Notes under the pieces: generated by a model
Databases searched by the model: none
Told to the model about the DNA's origin: nothing
What the model saw: the letters and a program-made list of their open reading frames with translations, nothing else
Translations under genes and position numbers: made by a program
Part shown: positions 23,396 to 36,412 of the stretch, one piece after another
Layout of the letters: each line of letters opens with the position of its first letter
Numbering within the stretch: position 1 is the stretch's first letter
Assembly: GCA_002269645.1 (NCBI GenBank)
Contig: NIVC01000657.1
Coordinates: 124,001 to 188,000, forward strand
Length of the DNA: 64,000 bases
Source of the DNA: Macrostomum lignano
Taxonomy: Eukaryota
Direction of reading: 5' to 3'

Positions 23396-26300
23396 CTAGC
23401 CGAAAAAGTGTGGCTCAAAAATCTTAGCCAAAGTGACAAACAGTGACGTGATAGATGCCAAGCAGCCGAAGCCGCAGATAGTGGCATCTTTAATCAGCAC
23501 TAAGCGCTGCTGGGTGCTGGCCGGCCGATGCCAAACAAGCCGCAGATGAGCGGCGCAGGGCAGCACAAAAGCCAAGAAGATTGACCCGACAGCGCCAATA
23601 AACGAGCTGACGTAAGCGTACAGTTTGCGCAATAGTATAGCCATGGCTAACTGGCACATTACAATGCCAAATCTGAGACAGTTTCTCATCCAAGTTGGGG
23701 CGCCATCGGGAGTTGAAGTGGACAGCAGAGCGTGAGCATCATTGGCGGCATTGTTATTGGGTGAGTCGGAATCCAGCTGAACAGAAGCAGACGCGATCAG
23801 GGCTTCTTGCTCTTCGGGAGAGACAGAGTCTGTAGAGTTGGGTTATTTGTGCGTTTGTTTGGCTTATTTTCCATACAAAAAATTGTCTTCACTGTGCTAC
23901 TTATCACAGGGTTTAAAAGTAGTGCAGTTAGGATTTTTTAAAATTACCGTTAATTTCCGTGTATTCTACTTGTTTATTAATATCATAACAAGTAGTGCAG
24001 TGAAGTCAGGAGTTTTTCAAATTTGTGAATGGCTCATTTTATGCTAAGGAAAATTGAAAAGAAACTCGACAAAGCTACTAATATCTGTCCCGATATGAGT
24101 AGTGCTTGTTAGATTTTGTCGGAATTTTCCCAGAAACAAGTGTTAACACACAAGTGTGACAGGAAAAAATTGCTTTAGATTTTGGTGTTTGACAATTTGT
24201 TTCTATTAATAAGCATGGTAGACAGAATGGAATTTACCTCTATAACCTGCCCCAGTGGGTAAAAATTCCATTGCTTACTGGAGATTATTAAGAATTCGTT
24301 TGAATTGGCTCTATACACCTCTGCATAGCTGCACACACAGACACGTACATTTGCACGACTCGAAAAATTTATTAAATAGATTGGAAAATATTTCAAGGCT
24401 ACTACACGCCCACATATTGCCTAGGCCTGGGCCAGGTTGGAAAAATTAATTCTGTGCTACCTAATATTGCTGCTTCTATAGTGCAGATACAATCTGATGA
24501 CACAGATATGTACTTAATAACGATGAACACTGCACAACATGTTAAATACATCCTTAAGTGACAACGCTAATAACTTTTTGTAAACAGTTGTTATATTGTA
24601 AACTCAACTTAATAAAAAAATCTAGAAAAGATTAATCGAATTCAAATTATATAAACTCCGCGCTTGACTTATTTAAAAAAGCTTCAATTTTGTTTAGCTA
24701 ATTTTTAGCAATCTGCTTATTTGTATTGATCGCTTGCAACAATCAATACCAATATTGAGCAGGAAATTTACGATTCAAAGCGAAGGGTGTTAGCTTTTAT
24801 TACGTGCCTTTGCCCAACTACTGACCTGTTCTAGACGTGTCTGTCTAGGTCTACCTGTCTGTCCAGATCATCTACCTGTCTGTCTAGATCATCTACCTGT
24901 CTGTCCAGATCATCTACCTGTCTGTCTAGATCATCTACCTGTCTGTCCAGATTATCTACCTGTATGTCTAGATCATCTAGCTGTCTGTCCAGATCATCTA
25001 CCTGTCTGTCCAGATCATCTAGCTGTCTGTCTAGATCATCTACCTGTCTGTCCAGATCATCTAGCTGTCTGTCCAGATCATCTAGCTGTCTGTCTAGGTC
25101 TGTGTCCTAGTGCCTGTCTCAATAATCCTGTCTGTGTGTCCTAGTGCCTGTCTCAATAATCCTGTCTGTGTGTCCTAGTGCCTGTCTCAATAATCCCGTC
25201 TGTGTGTCCTAGTGCCTGTCTCAATAATCCCGTCTGTGTGTCCTAGTGCCTGTCTCAATAATCCCGTCTGTGTGTCCTAGTGCCTGTCTCAATAATCCTG
25301 TCCGTGTGTCCTAGTGCCTGTCTCAATAATCCTGTCTGTGTGTCCTAGTGCCTGTCTCAATAATCCCGTCTGTGTGTCCTAGTGCCTGTCTCAATAATCC
25401 TGTCCGTGTGTCCTAGTGCCTGTCTCAATAATCCCGTCTGTGTGTCCTAGTGCCTGTCTCAATAATCCTGTCCGTGTGTCCTAGTGCCTGTCTCAATAAT
25501 CCTGTCCGTGTGTCCTAGTGCCTGTCTCAATAATCCTGTCTGTGTGTCCTAGTGCCTGTCTCAATAATCCTGTCTGTGTGTCCTAGTGCCTGTCTCAATA
25601 ATCCCGTCTGTGTCCTAGTGTCACTCTGATTTTAAAGTGCACATGAAACAGGCTATGCCAGTCAGAAGCTGTTAAAACATCGCAGACATCAAGAAGATCA
25701 GCTGCAGATTTTAGTTTAGAGGTTAAAAAAGCATTTAATTAGCTAAACTTTACACACAATCACACAAAGAAAAAATAATTGAGAATTGAAGCAAAACTCT
25801 GTTCTCTTAGAAGGCCGATAGATCCGCTGATAATAACGATGTACTCCAGTTGTGTAGGTAAATAGTATTAGAGAGTTTCAATTAAAAAAGGATTAAAAAC
25901 AGCCTACATTATTAATTATGCATTTGTTATAAAAAGGAAGCATTGACAACCCTTAAAAATTTCTAAAAAGCAACGCTTGGTTCTGCATTCGCATCACCTA
26001 TTATTAGAAAACTGCGTACTGGAAGGAAGTTAATTTTTAAAATTATTAGCTACACAAGACTGCATTAATAGAAAAAAGATAAAAAATAGAAGGTATATGC
26101 ACACATATACCGGGCTCATCATAATTAACTGAGGAACCATTGACGCTTGCCGATGTTCGATCTGGTGGGTGTGATATAATTATGCAGCGGCAGAGAATTA
26201 ATATTCATAAATATATTCTGACGATAAAAAGGCTATATGAAAAACTACCAAATTAACAGAAATACACCAAAATTTGGACTATTGGTAAAATCCATGACTA

Positions 26301-29300
26301 ATAAAAATAATAGGCATTAACAAGAAGCCTTCGGCGACATTGTCCCGCAACCAGCGTTGAAGCAATTCAGCACATTCCTTCCTTGCTAATTTTTCTCCCA
26401 TTTTTTGGTCATTTACTTCTACCATTGGTAGAAATAAACTGTTAGGTTGAATTACATCATCGCCCATTAAGACAGTCTTCTCAACACAAGTCTCCACCTG
26501 TAGCAACTCACGGCTTGAGCATCCTCTCCACCTGTAGCAACTCACTTCTCCCACGGCTTGAGCATCCTCTCCACCTGTAGCAACTCACTTCTTCCACTGC
26601 TTGAGCATCCCTCTGATTGAATTAACATGACATCAAAAGTCCACCGTATTTATAATTTGAAAAAGCATCAACCATTTACCAAAAACAGTCAATAGTTGAA
26701 CACAGAAATAAACTCACATCTAGCCAAGAAGAGTTTCTCAGTCATCTGAATAACCGGATAAATCTGCAGTGGGAAAGTGAAGATCACTCCCAGGATGAGT
26801 GTAGCATCCAGTATGACAACGAACAGAGATTGGGTAGGCAGATTTTGCACCACAATCTGTCTGGTGTCCTGGCCATAACGCAGGTAACCAATAGTGCCAA
26901 CACCGCCAAGTATAGCTGTCACAACCACTAGGGAGCCGCGTAGGAACGAGCGAAAATTATGTCGGTTGTCTTCCATGCTGGATTCAATTGGGATTACCTG
27001 TTGGGATGTTGAAATTTGACATCTTTTAAGTTGGAATCATGGTGCAATTTGACAGGCCAATTGAGCGCCACAACTGAGACTTCAGTGTGATTTTAGCACC
27101 ACAACTGAGACTTTAGTGCCAATTAAGCGCCACAACTGATATTTTAGCGCCAATAAGTGCCACAAAAAATGAGATTTTAGCGCCAATTAAGCGCCAGAAC
27201 TGATATTTTAGCGCCAATAAGTGCCACAAAAAATGAGATTTTAGCGCCAATTTAGCGCCACAACTGAGACTTCAGTGTGATTTTAGCACCACAACTGAGA
27301 CTTTAGCACCAATTAAGCGCCAGAACTGATATTTTAGCGCCAATAAGTGCCACAAAAATGAGACTTCAGCGCCAATTTAGCGCCACAACTGAGACTTCAG
27401 TGTGATTTTAGCACCACAACTGAGACTTTAGCACCAATTAAGCGCCAGAACTGATATTTTAGCGCCAATAAGTGCCACAAAAAAAGAGATTTTAGCGCCA
27501 ATTTAGCGCCACAACTGAGACTTTAACGCCAATTTAGCGCCACAACTGAGACTTCAGTGCCAATTTAGCGCCACAACTGAGACTTTAACGCCAATTTAGC
27601 GCCACAACTGAGACTTCAGTGCCAATTTAGCGCCATAACTGAGACTTCAGCGCCAATTAGCACCACAACAACGGAGAATTTAGCGCAAATTCAGCGCCAC
27701 AACTGAGACATTAGCGCTAATTTAGTGTCACAACGGATTTATGTTGTGATTCTTTAATATTTTCTGTTAAACCAAATGGTTTTCTATAGGTCACAGTACT
27801 CGTATTATGCAGTAAATATTTAATCACACAGCCACTGACTCCGTTAATAAACCTTAAGTAAAGGTCTCCAAGAACTAATTCTCCAGGGCCGTTCTGGCTC
27901 GTGAAACAGATAAAATAAAATTCGACCCCTGCTGAGAAAAGTAGGTTTCAAACTCTCTTACTTACACAAACTTTATAGATAAGATTTAAAGCAGATCTGA
28001 CCTCTTTCGAATCTTTCCTCAACAAGCATTTGGTTCACAGACATGGCAAGCATTCACAGTTATAGTAGAACGCTGCACGCTAACACTATATATTCTACAA
28101 CATTACTTTCTGGACTTTCGACTTTACAAACCTCTGTATGTCAAAATGAGAAAAATACTTGAATTTCAACCTACAAGAATGGAAAATATTTTTTGCCAGG
28201 GAGCAGTGTCCTTCCATCACAATCACAATGCACTTCCTTTTTGCCGATGCATGCATGCTAAAAGTGCACATTGTTGATACTGGGGTTTCGATTTAAAGTA
28301 CTAAAGCACTAAAGCACTAAAGTATTTAAGTACTAAAGTACTAGTTCACTATAGTACAACTGAAGTACTTAAGTACTAAAGTACTAATTCACTATAGTAC
28401 AACTGAAGTACTTAAGTACTAAAGTACTAATTCACTAAAGTACTAATGCACTAAAGTACTAATGCACTAAAGTACTAATGCACTAAAGTACTAATGCACT
28501 AAAGTACTAATGCACTAAAGTACTAATGCACTAAAGTACTAATGCACTAAAGTACTAATGCACTAAATGCACTAAAGTATTAATGCACTAAAGTACTAAT
28601 GCACTAAAGTACTAATGGACTTAAGTACTAATGCACTAAAGTACTAATGCACTAAAGTACAAGCTATAAAAGAGGATAGAGCTGTTGCTTACCGTTCCAA
28701 TCCCTTCGTAGGACACGGCCACCATCCCAATATACACTGGCAGAGTGGCACCTGTAGCCTGTTGAACAGTGTCGCTAACAGAGAACTGATGCAGCATAAC
28801 GGCTAGGACAGCTACAACTCCGGCACAGATGCTGATATTAGCTACAACACTAACGCTGCCCATACTGCGAATATTGCGAATCAAAGCGAAGCCAAGAAAC
28901 AGAGGCAACGGCGCGCAAACTAGAAGCCATAGAGGCGGCACAGACCAAGTTGGAGTCTCCGTAAATCCGTCCAAATCGCTGTTTTGCTGCTCCGCCTGAG
29001 TGTGATAATCGTAAGCCTGCGGGATTTGTTGGGAGATTGGGAATATCATTTTTGGGGGGTTAGAGTGCAACAGTAACTTATGCCTTATGCCTGAAGGGTT
29101 TTCGTACGAATCACAGGCATGAGGGCCAAGCCTAAGGCACAGAGAGAGTACATGCCTGACGATAAGAAAGTCAAGGAGGGCCGCTGTACACATTCGGTAT
29201 GTCAGGAGTCAGCAGAATGGGCAGAATTGCTTCATCGCCGCTTGTGGGACGGGACATACATGCCCAACACCCGACCGACCCAGCTGATTCGGCCGGGTGG

Positions 29301-31537
29301 CGAGAGGTCTGGCCAAGGTAAGTCGCAAAAATGCTGACCCGAAAAAGACTAGTACTAATTAGATGACGAGGCATTTAGCCTTAGTAATACAGTTAAAGTT
29401 ACTCCAGCCGGTTACCCAAAATTACGTTAATTTTGCTTCAGTTTCTTTTATAGGTAAATCGCATTTTTGGTCAAAAAGAAAGTCGCACGGCTGGGTGAAC
29501 TTTCGAAGTTGGGCATGTATGTTATGTGACGAGGTCAGACGTAGCCCTCGCCTTTGCCCTTCTAGGAATAAATGTGATTCTGATTAAAATACCCAGCTGC
29601 ATTATACAACAAGGACGCCAAAAGACTCTCACCTGAAACGCGACCGTATCGGTGTCATTTCTACCCAAAGACAGCACCTGATGCAGAGTATTGCCAATAA
29701 ATATAAAATAATTAATGCAGAAGCCGAATTGAGTAATAAACAGAGACGCATTGACTAGCCACAGGCCGGGCCGACCGTACGTGAACTTGGCAATGTCCCC
29801 TAGCGTGACAATCCGATGCAGAGCGTCCGTCTGTCTGCGCTGATGACTAGCATCGTCTGCTGCTCCGTCTGAACCATTATTACTCGAATTATGATTATTG
29901 TTGTTATTACTATTACTATTATTGGTGTTAGTAGCAGACGGAGAGGCCCCTGGTCCCAATGCATCAGGACAAAAGCCGTCGTTATAGTAATACGGACTAG
30001 AATTATTATTATTACTGTTACTATTTTGGCCAATAGTGCCATTGCCATCCAGAGAAGACTCGGATCCGGAATCTTCATCATTAACTAACGATTCAACCAT
30101 CAGCTGTTTGCAGGTAACTATCAGGTAGCAGCAGTGATCAGTTAGTACGGCTATGATCATTAGTAGAGCGAAGCCGAGCTGGCAGAGTTAATAAAGAAGT
30201 TGACAGGTTTGTTTGTGTTGCTACTGACTGACAGAACTTTTATAAAGTTTATTGTGTCCTATGAGCCATTGTTACCCCTTGCTACCTACCCTGGTTCCTC
30301 TATGATGGGCCATTGTTACCCTCACCTGGTTCCTCTATGATGGGCCATTGTTACCCTCACCTGGTTCCTCTATGATGGGCCATTGTTACCCTCACCTGGT
30401 TCCTCTATGATGGGCCATTGTTACCCTCACCTGGTTCCTCTATGATGGGCCATTGTTACCCTCACCTGGTTCCTCTATGATGGGCCATTGTTACCCTCAC
30501 CTGGTTCCTCTATGATGGGCCATTGTAACCCTCACCTGGTTCCTCTATGAAGGGCCATTGTTACCTCACCTGGTTCCTCTATGAAAGGCCATTGTTACCC
30601 TCACCTGGTTCCTCTATGATGGGCCATTGTTACCCTCACCTGGTTCCTCTATGATGGGCCATTGTTACCCTCACCTGGTTCCTCTATGATGGGCCATTGT
30701 TACCCTCACCTGGTTCCTCTATGATGGGCCATTGTTACCCTCACCTGGTTCCTCTATGATGGGCCATTGTAACCCTCACCTGGTTCCTCTATGAAGGGCC
30801 ATTGTTACCTCACCTGGTTCCTCTATGAAAGGCCATTGTTACCTCACCTGGTTCCACTATGAAGGGCCATTGTTACCATCACCAGATTCCTCTATGATGG
30901 GCCATTGTTACCCTCACCTGGTTCCTCTATGATGGGCCATTGTAACCCTCACCTGGTTCCTCTATGAAGGGCCATTGTAACCCTCACCTGGTTCCTCTAT
31001 GAAGGGCCATTGTTACCTCACCTGGTTCCTCTATGAAAGGCCATTGTTACCTCACCTGGTTCCACTATGAAGGGCCATTGTTACCATCACCAGATTCCTC
31101 TATGATGGGCCATTGTTACCCTCACCTGGTTCCTCTATGATGGGCCATTGTAACCCTCACCTGGTTCCTCTATGAAGGGCCATTGTAACCCTCACCTGGT
31201 TCCTCTATGAAGGGCCATTGTTACCTCACCTGGTTCCTCTATGAAAGGCCATTGTTACCTCACCTGGTTCCTCTACGATGGGCAATTGTTACCCCACCTA
31301 GTTCCTCTATGAAGGGCCATTGTTACCACCTGGGTCCTTTTATTCTATGAGCCATGGTTACTACATTTCAGTCCTTTTATTAACCATTAATACTAATAAC
31401 AATAACAAAAAAGTCTTAATAATACTTACAGCAAGACCAGACTGACTAAAGGCAAATGGCATCGACAAATAGTTGGAGCCAATAAATGCCTTGAATAAGT
31501 TGGCAAAGTCTGATACATGCTGCAGCGCTGAAACCAT
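23396..31537 (-). CDS. SLC36/AAAP-family amino acid transporter, 5 exons (31537-31430, 30178-29633, 29016-28693, 26997-26718, 23829-23396), ~563 aa
   Basis: TM1 FANLFKAFIGSNYLSMPFAF, TM2 LTDHCCYLIVTC, FITQFGFCINYFIF, YEGIGT|VIPIESSM, FTFPLQIYPV and SFIGAVGSIFLAFVLP. All four introns are GT-AG with matching phases (0,0,0,1). An extra upstream exon is possible. Confidence 0.88.
24838..25620. repeat. Compound minisatellite: 21-bp units then 34-bp units (transporter intron 4)
   Basis: ATCTACCTGTCTGTCTAGATC followed by GTGTCCTAGTGCCTGTCTCAATAATCCTGTCTGT. Confidence 0.93.
27060..27725. repeat. Degenerate ~21-23-bp minisatellite with higher-order repeats (intron 3)
   Basis: TTAGCGCCACAACTGAGACT-type units. 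Confidence 0.85.
28295..28660. repeat. 16-bp minisatellite (AAAGTACTAATGCACT)n (intron 3)
   Basis: Direct periodicity. Confidence 0.92.
29255..29521. mobile_element. 267-bp MITE (copy A) of the CATACATG-TIR family carrying a 28S rRNA-like segment
   Basis: Perfect 14-bp TIRs CATACATGCCCAAC (29255-29268) and GTTGGGCATGTATG (29508-29521). Its ends are homologous to the element at 34202-36395. No clean TSD. Confidence 0.85.
30262..31330. repeat. 35-bp minisatellite (transporter intron 1)
   Basis: CATTGTTACCCTCACCTGGTTCCTCTATGATGGGC units. Confidence 0.95.
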
Positions 31538-31713
31538 TGTATCACTGTTTTAGGCATGAAATTCCAACTGGCAGTTTTGTAGTCAAGCATGCAAGAGAAT
31601 GAAATATATACAAATTATAAAAACTAAGACAAAATAACATTTATCAATTAAGTTAGATAGTTTTTACAATTATTTATTGTTTATTGTTTCAATCTATTAT
31701 ACTCGTAGTAAAA

Positions 31714-32499
31714 GGGCCATTCCATATAATTATGGTTGTAACATGACAGACTATTCTTACTTATAAAATGAAATCTAATAATAGAATATACTAAACCAAT
31801 ATTTTGAATGAAAGATTATTTTGTCAAGAATACGTTTATAAAGTTTCATATAGATATCATCATTAGTATAGATGCTATTAAACCTTGAATGGCACTTATG
31901 GTCGTAACAACAGGATTTTTGACACAGAAACTAAAAGGTAAAAGTCTTATAATATTTTTCATTTTTGATATTTTGCAATAATTTTTTTAAAATTTGACTA
32001 AGAACATCTTTAGAAGTCATACTCTTTTATTAGAATATATAAACTCAAAAAGGCAACAAAGATACAAAAGAAAAGGCAGCCTTATGGTTGTAACATTATG
32101 GTCGTAACATATTTTTTTCTGTCAATTCAGTAACTTTGAAGTAGTAATATATTAAAAATATAATAGATTATATGGTTGCTAATGTTTTTTTCTGATGATG
32201 CAAGTACTATAATTTTATATATAGTTTGTTTTAACTTTCTAAAGCTTTCTATTTGTTTTTAAAAGGTACATAAACTTAATGATGTCTTTTGCTTAGAAAA
32301 TGTCCAATTTTTTACAAAAATAACTTTTTGCCAATTGATAACATACTAATACAACATTTTATCATTTATTTATTCTTAGATTGTATACATTACATACAAA
32401 AAAGATTTTGTAAAAAAAATTGGCTGATAAGGCAATGACAAACAAAAATATTGACTTTTTTCTATTTTCCAAATATGTCTATCTTATATGGAATGGGCC
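31714..32499. mobile_element. AT-rich 786-bp MITE, possibly PIF/Harbinger-like
   Basis: 16-bp TIRs GGGCCATTCCATATAA and TTATATGGAATGGGCC (1 mismatch), AAA on both flanks, and internal TTATGGTYGTAACA repeats. Confidence 0.6.
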
Positions 32500-32964
32500 A
32501 AAAGCATCTTTTAATCTAGACAAATGAGTTAAAAATTTTTAACAAAATTTAAATTTATATCTTGGAATTATGCTAAAAAATGTATACTGCATGTTTTAAG
32601 GATATTTTCTGTATAAACAATATTACAAATAAAACTAAACTACAATAAACAAAATAATTATAAATTGAATATTTTTAAATAGCTCCTATCACTAAAATGA
32701 ACACTTGTAGAATCTTTTATTTTTTAGTAAAGCCAAAACAAAGTGTGGTATATTTATCATAAAAACAACTTGTCACTATAACAATATATATACTAGGCCC
32801 TATATTTGTGTGGCATGTCTTCTAGAGACCCCGTGACTTGGCCTTGTCAGCCTTGTAGACTATAGAATGTATTCAAGAATATTCTGTGATTATAGCAAAG
32901 ACCATCTTCTTTACTATATAGGGTGCTAGGCCCTAATCAATTCAATGAAAAATAAATTTGATTT

Positions 32965-33330
32965 GAAAGATTTATAATAGACAAAGGGCCTATCAACTTA
33001 AGCTTATAGAGTGGAGCCTAAATAATATGTATACAAATGATTATGTCATTCTTGTGATAATTACAATAACACTAAAAAGCAGCTTTTGGCAAAAAAGCAA
33101 CAAATATTGGACTCAAGACAACAAGAAAGGGGATAATTAGCAATTATTATATCAACTTAAGCTTATAAAGTAAAGTCCCTAATTATCCTTTTGTTTGTTC
33201 TCCTCTATCCCAAGTCCAATTTTTGTTGCTTTTTTGTCAAAGCCTGCTTCTTAGTGTCATTGTGAGCTGAATGATGTATCACTCCACTTTATGAGCCTAA
33301 GTTGATGGGTCCTTTATTGACAATCTAGTC
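32965..33330. mobile_element. Fold-back element with ~150-175-bp degenerate inverted arms and a ~40-bp spacer
   Basis: CCTATCAACTTAAGCTTATAGAGTGGAG...AAAAAAGCAACAAATATTGGACT...GGATAATTAG pairs with the reverse complement of 33178-33330. Confidence 0.7.
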
Positions 33331-34789
33331 AATTTTGTAACAATGAAAGAAGAAAAATGAAGGAAGAAAGGAAAGAAAGCTTGAAATTTATGCTTAAAAA
33401 TTAACCCCTAGTATAGTGTAAGGGGGTTTTGGTGTTTTAGTTTTGGTTTACAATCATTTAGATGTAAGCAATACATGTAAATGATAATGAACCAAAGCTA
33501 GCCATATATTAAAATAGTGATTGATTTCAGATAGAGCTTGTAAAACACTAAAACCCCGTTACACACATAGGCCCTACACTAGCTTCAGTTCAGGATCATT
33601 TATATATATATATATAAACTGAAGTGGATATATAGGATTGTCTTCTTGGATTCATTTTTGGAAATTGAATTCATGCACTAATGCCTTTACACACACGCTA
33701 GCTTTGGTTCATGATCATTTACATGTAGGCCCTATTGCTTCTGTTTAAATGATTGGAAACCAAAGTGGATATATAGGATCCTTGTCATCGCCATGCCATG
33801 AAAGAAACCATGCCATTTGTTGGCTATTCTGTTCAGTTTTTTCTAATGTAACAAATAAGCTCAGTTTAACCATTTTTGTTTATTTCAAGCAAGCTATGAT
33901 CATTTATATGAAAAATTACATGGGCATTGTGACCCAAAATGTGGGTGGAAAAATGATGGTAAACTGAAGGAATGCCATCCTAGCCTAGTGTTCTAAAAAT
34001 TAAGGCTAGGCAGTAGGCCTAGGCCTAATTAGTACTTTCTTTTAGTTTATACATTTATTTAATACTTTTTTATTTTATAGGTCTATATAATTGGAATCCT
34101 GACAAGCTATTATGACTATATTACCAAAGTAGGCTAGGGGCCTATATCTATATAAATATAACCCATTAAATATTAGGGCCTAGAAACTAGACTTTGCTAC
34201 TCATACATGCGCAACTTCTGAAATTACGCTGGCCGTGCGACTTAGTTTTCGATAAAAAATGCGACTTACCTATGAAAGAGCCAAGCAAAAACTTTAGGTA
34301 AACGGCAGGAGTAACTATGACCATAATTTAAAGCTAATTGCCTCGCCAGCTAATTAGTGCTGCGTGCAGATTTCGCGTTTTTATAACAGCTAATCAGTAT
34401 GTCATCTAGTGGCGGCATGAAGCAATTAGTAAATTGTCAGTACAGTGTAGTGAGCATACTACAAAAGTCATGATTCATGAATGTCCAGAAGTAAGTGAAG
34501 TGAATACAGTGTGACCTATAGCTCAAGAACGATTTGCTAGACGATTTGGCATGGAAGATGAGAGCCCTGATTCAGATGGCTCATCAGATGCAGAATACGA
34601 ATCCAGTAGAGATACAAGCTGTGAAAACCCACAGATTTTTAAACCACTGAATTCTAATTCCCGGAACTATTTTTGCATAGATTCTAAATTTGAAGTCATG
34701 CTCAAACAAAAACTTGTTAACAGTTAGGAAAAAGGCAAAGATGGGAGCAATGCATGTTAAACTAAGATTTGAGGCCTTTGCAAATTCTC

Positions 34790-35533
34790 TCCATTCCTCA
34801 ATCTTCTCATCCTCTTTTTCTTCTCTCTCTCATCCCTTATCCCTTCTCTCTTTCCTCTCCTCTCCTATCTCTTCTGTCTCCTCTCTACATTCTTATCTCT
34901 CCTCTCGTCTCTCTCCATTCCACTCTACTCTCTCATCTTATCTTCCCTCTCGTCTCTCTCCACTCTACTCTCTCATCTTATCTCTCCTCTCTTTTCTACT
35001 CTCTCATCTCTCCTCTCTTCACTCTCCTCTCATCTCCTCTTTATCCTCTCTTCTCTCATCTACTCTCTCCTCTTTCCTCTTTCCTCTCTTCTGATCTCAT
35101 CCATCATCTTTTCTTTCCTCTTTCCTCTCATCTCCTCTTCTCTCTCATCTCTTTTTCCTCCCTCAGCTTTTCTCTCCTTTTCTATCTTTTCTCCCATCGC
35201 ATCGCTCGCCTCTCCTCTGTTTGCTTATCTCTAATCTTCTATTCCCTCTACTTTGAAGTAAGAAAATATGCACATATTTTTGCTGAAGATAAGAGGAGAG
35301 AAGAGGGCATTGAGGAGAAAGGGTAGAGAGAAAGGGGAGAGAGAGAGAGGAGAGTAAAAATGAGAGAGAGAGAGAGGGAAAAGGGGGAGAGAGAGAAGAG
35401 GGGAGGCAAGGTAGAGAAGAAGAGAGAGATGAGAGTTGAAGAGACACCAACCTTGCTGGTTAGGAAGTTTCAAAGAACCCGAGGGTGAGGGCCAGATAGA
35501 GGGGCTTCGCGAGCCGGAGTTTGCCAACCCCTG
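34790..35533 (-). mobile_element. One-ended hAT MITE with an expanded CT/GA tract, nested inside element B
   Basis: The minus strand starts CAGGGGTTGGCAAACT and contains CCCTCGGGTTCTTTGAAACTTC, shared with the copies at 40.2 and 42.8 kb. The second TIR was not found. Confidence 0.7.
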
Positions 35534-35689
35534 CTCCAGAGTTTAAGAAATCAATGGGAAACTGTTGACGCGGGCTTCTGATTTCAAAGATCTTGTCTGT
35601 GGTTGAAGGCTTCTATTCTGTTTTTGCTCTCCTGCCACACTTGCACCTACTACCCCCTGATTGCCTCTGATTGTGACTTACTTCCCTCT

Positions 35690-36200
35690 TATTGCGACTT
35701 AGTTGCTTCTTTTTGCGACTTACCTAATCCTTTTTGCGACTTACCTAACCCTTTTGCGACTTACCTAATCCTTTTGCGACTTACCTAACCCTTTTGCGAC
35801 TTACCTAATCCTTTTGCGACTTAGCTGATCCTTTTGCGACTTACCTGATTCTTTTTGCGACTTACCTAATCCTTTTTGCGACTTACCTAATCCTTTTGCG
35901 ACTTAGCTGATCCTTTTGCGACTTACCTGATTCTTTTTGCGACTTACCTGATCCTTTTTGCGACTTACCTGATCCTTTTTGCGACTTACCTAACCCTTTT
36001 GCGACTTACCTAATCCTTTTGCGACTTACCTAACCCTTTTGCGACTTACCTGATCCTTTTTGCGACTTAGTTTGCTTCTTTTGCGACTTACCTGATTCCT
36101 GTTGCGACTTACCTGATCCTTTTTGCGACTTAGTTTGCTTCTTTTGCGACTTACCTGATCCTTTTTGCGATCAACTTACCTGATTATTTTTACAACTTAG
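35690..36200. repeat. 20-22-bp subterminal array (GCGACTTACCTRAYCCTTTT)n
   Basis: About 24 units; the core GCGACTTACC is also the conserved subterminal motif of copies A, B and C. Confidence 0.92.
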
Positions 36201-36412
36201 TTTGCTTCTTTTGCGAATTGTTTTTCTTTTGCTTCACCATTTTCCCTGAACTGCTCTTTCTTTCGCTTTCCTCTTGCCTTTCTTGGTTCTTGTGTTTTTC
36301 TGTTTTTGGTTGACTCAATTTTGCGACTTACCCCTGGTCAGCCACGATTTACGGTGGCCGGATCGGCCAGGTCGGCCAGCAGTTGCGCATGTATGTTGCT
36401 ACTTATATAATA

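Larger units (their letters stand above)
34202..36395. mobile_element. 2.19-kb non-autonomous hAT-like DNA transposon (copy B) with a 28S-like segment and a subterminal repeat array
   Basis: Perfect 15-bp TIRs CATACATGCGCAACT and AGTTGCGCATGTATG. Perfect 8-bp TSD TTGCTACT at 34194-34201 and 36396-36403. No transposase ORF. An 8-bp TSD fits hAT (or P). Confidence 0.92.

Noticed and set aside
29445-29475. AG|GTAA followed by ATTTTTGG (donor plus Sm-like site) in the MITE family as an SL-like RNA
   Set aside because: The Sm-like motif is only ~3 nt past the donor hexamer, much closer than in SL RNAs, and it is better explained as a subterminal repeat.
30098-30160. ATG at 30100 or 30160 as the transporter start
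   Set aside because: TM1 is encoded by an upstream exon at 31537-31430, so these are internal methionines.
34297-34359. Functional rRNA gene
   Set aside because: Only ~60 nt match 28S, the core is mutated, and it lies inside a TIR element. Reported as a captured mimic instead.
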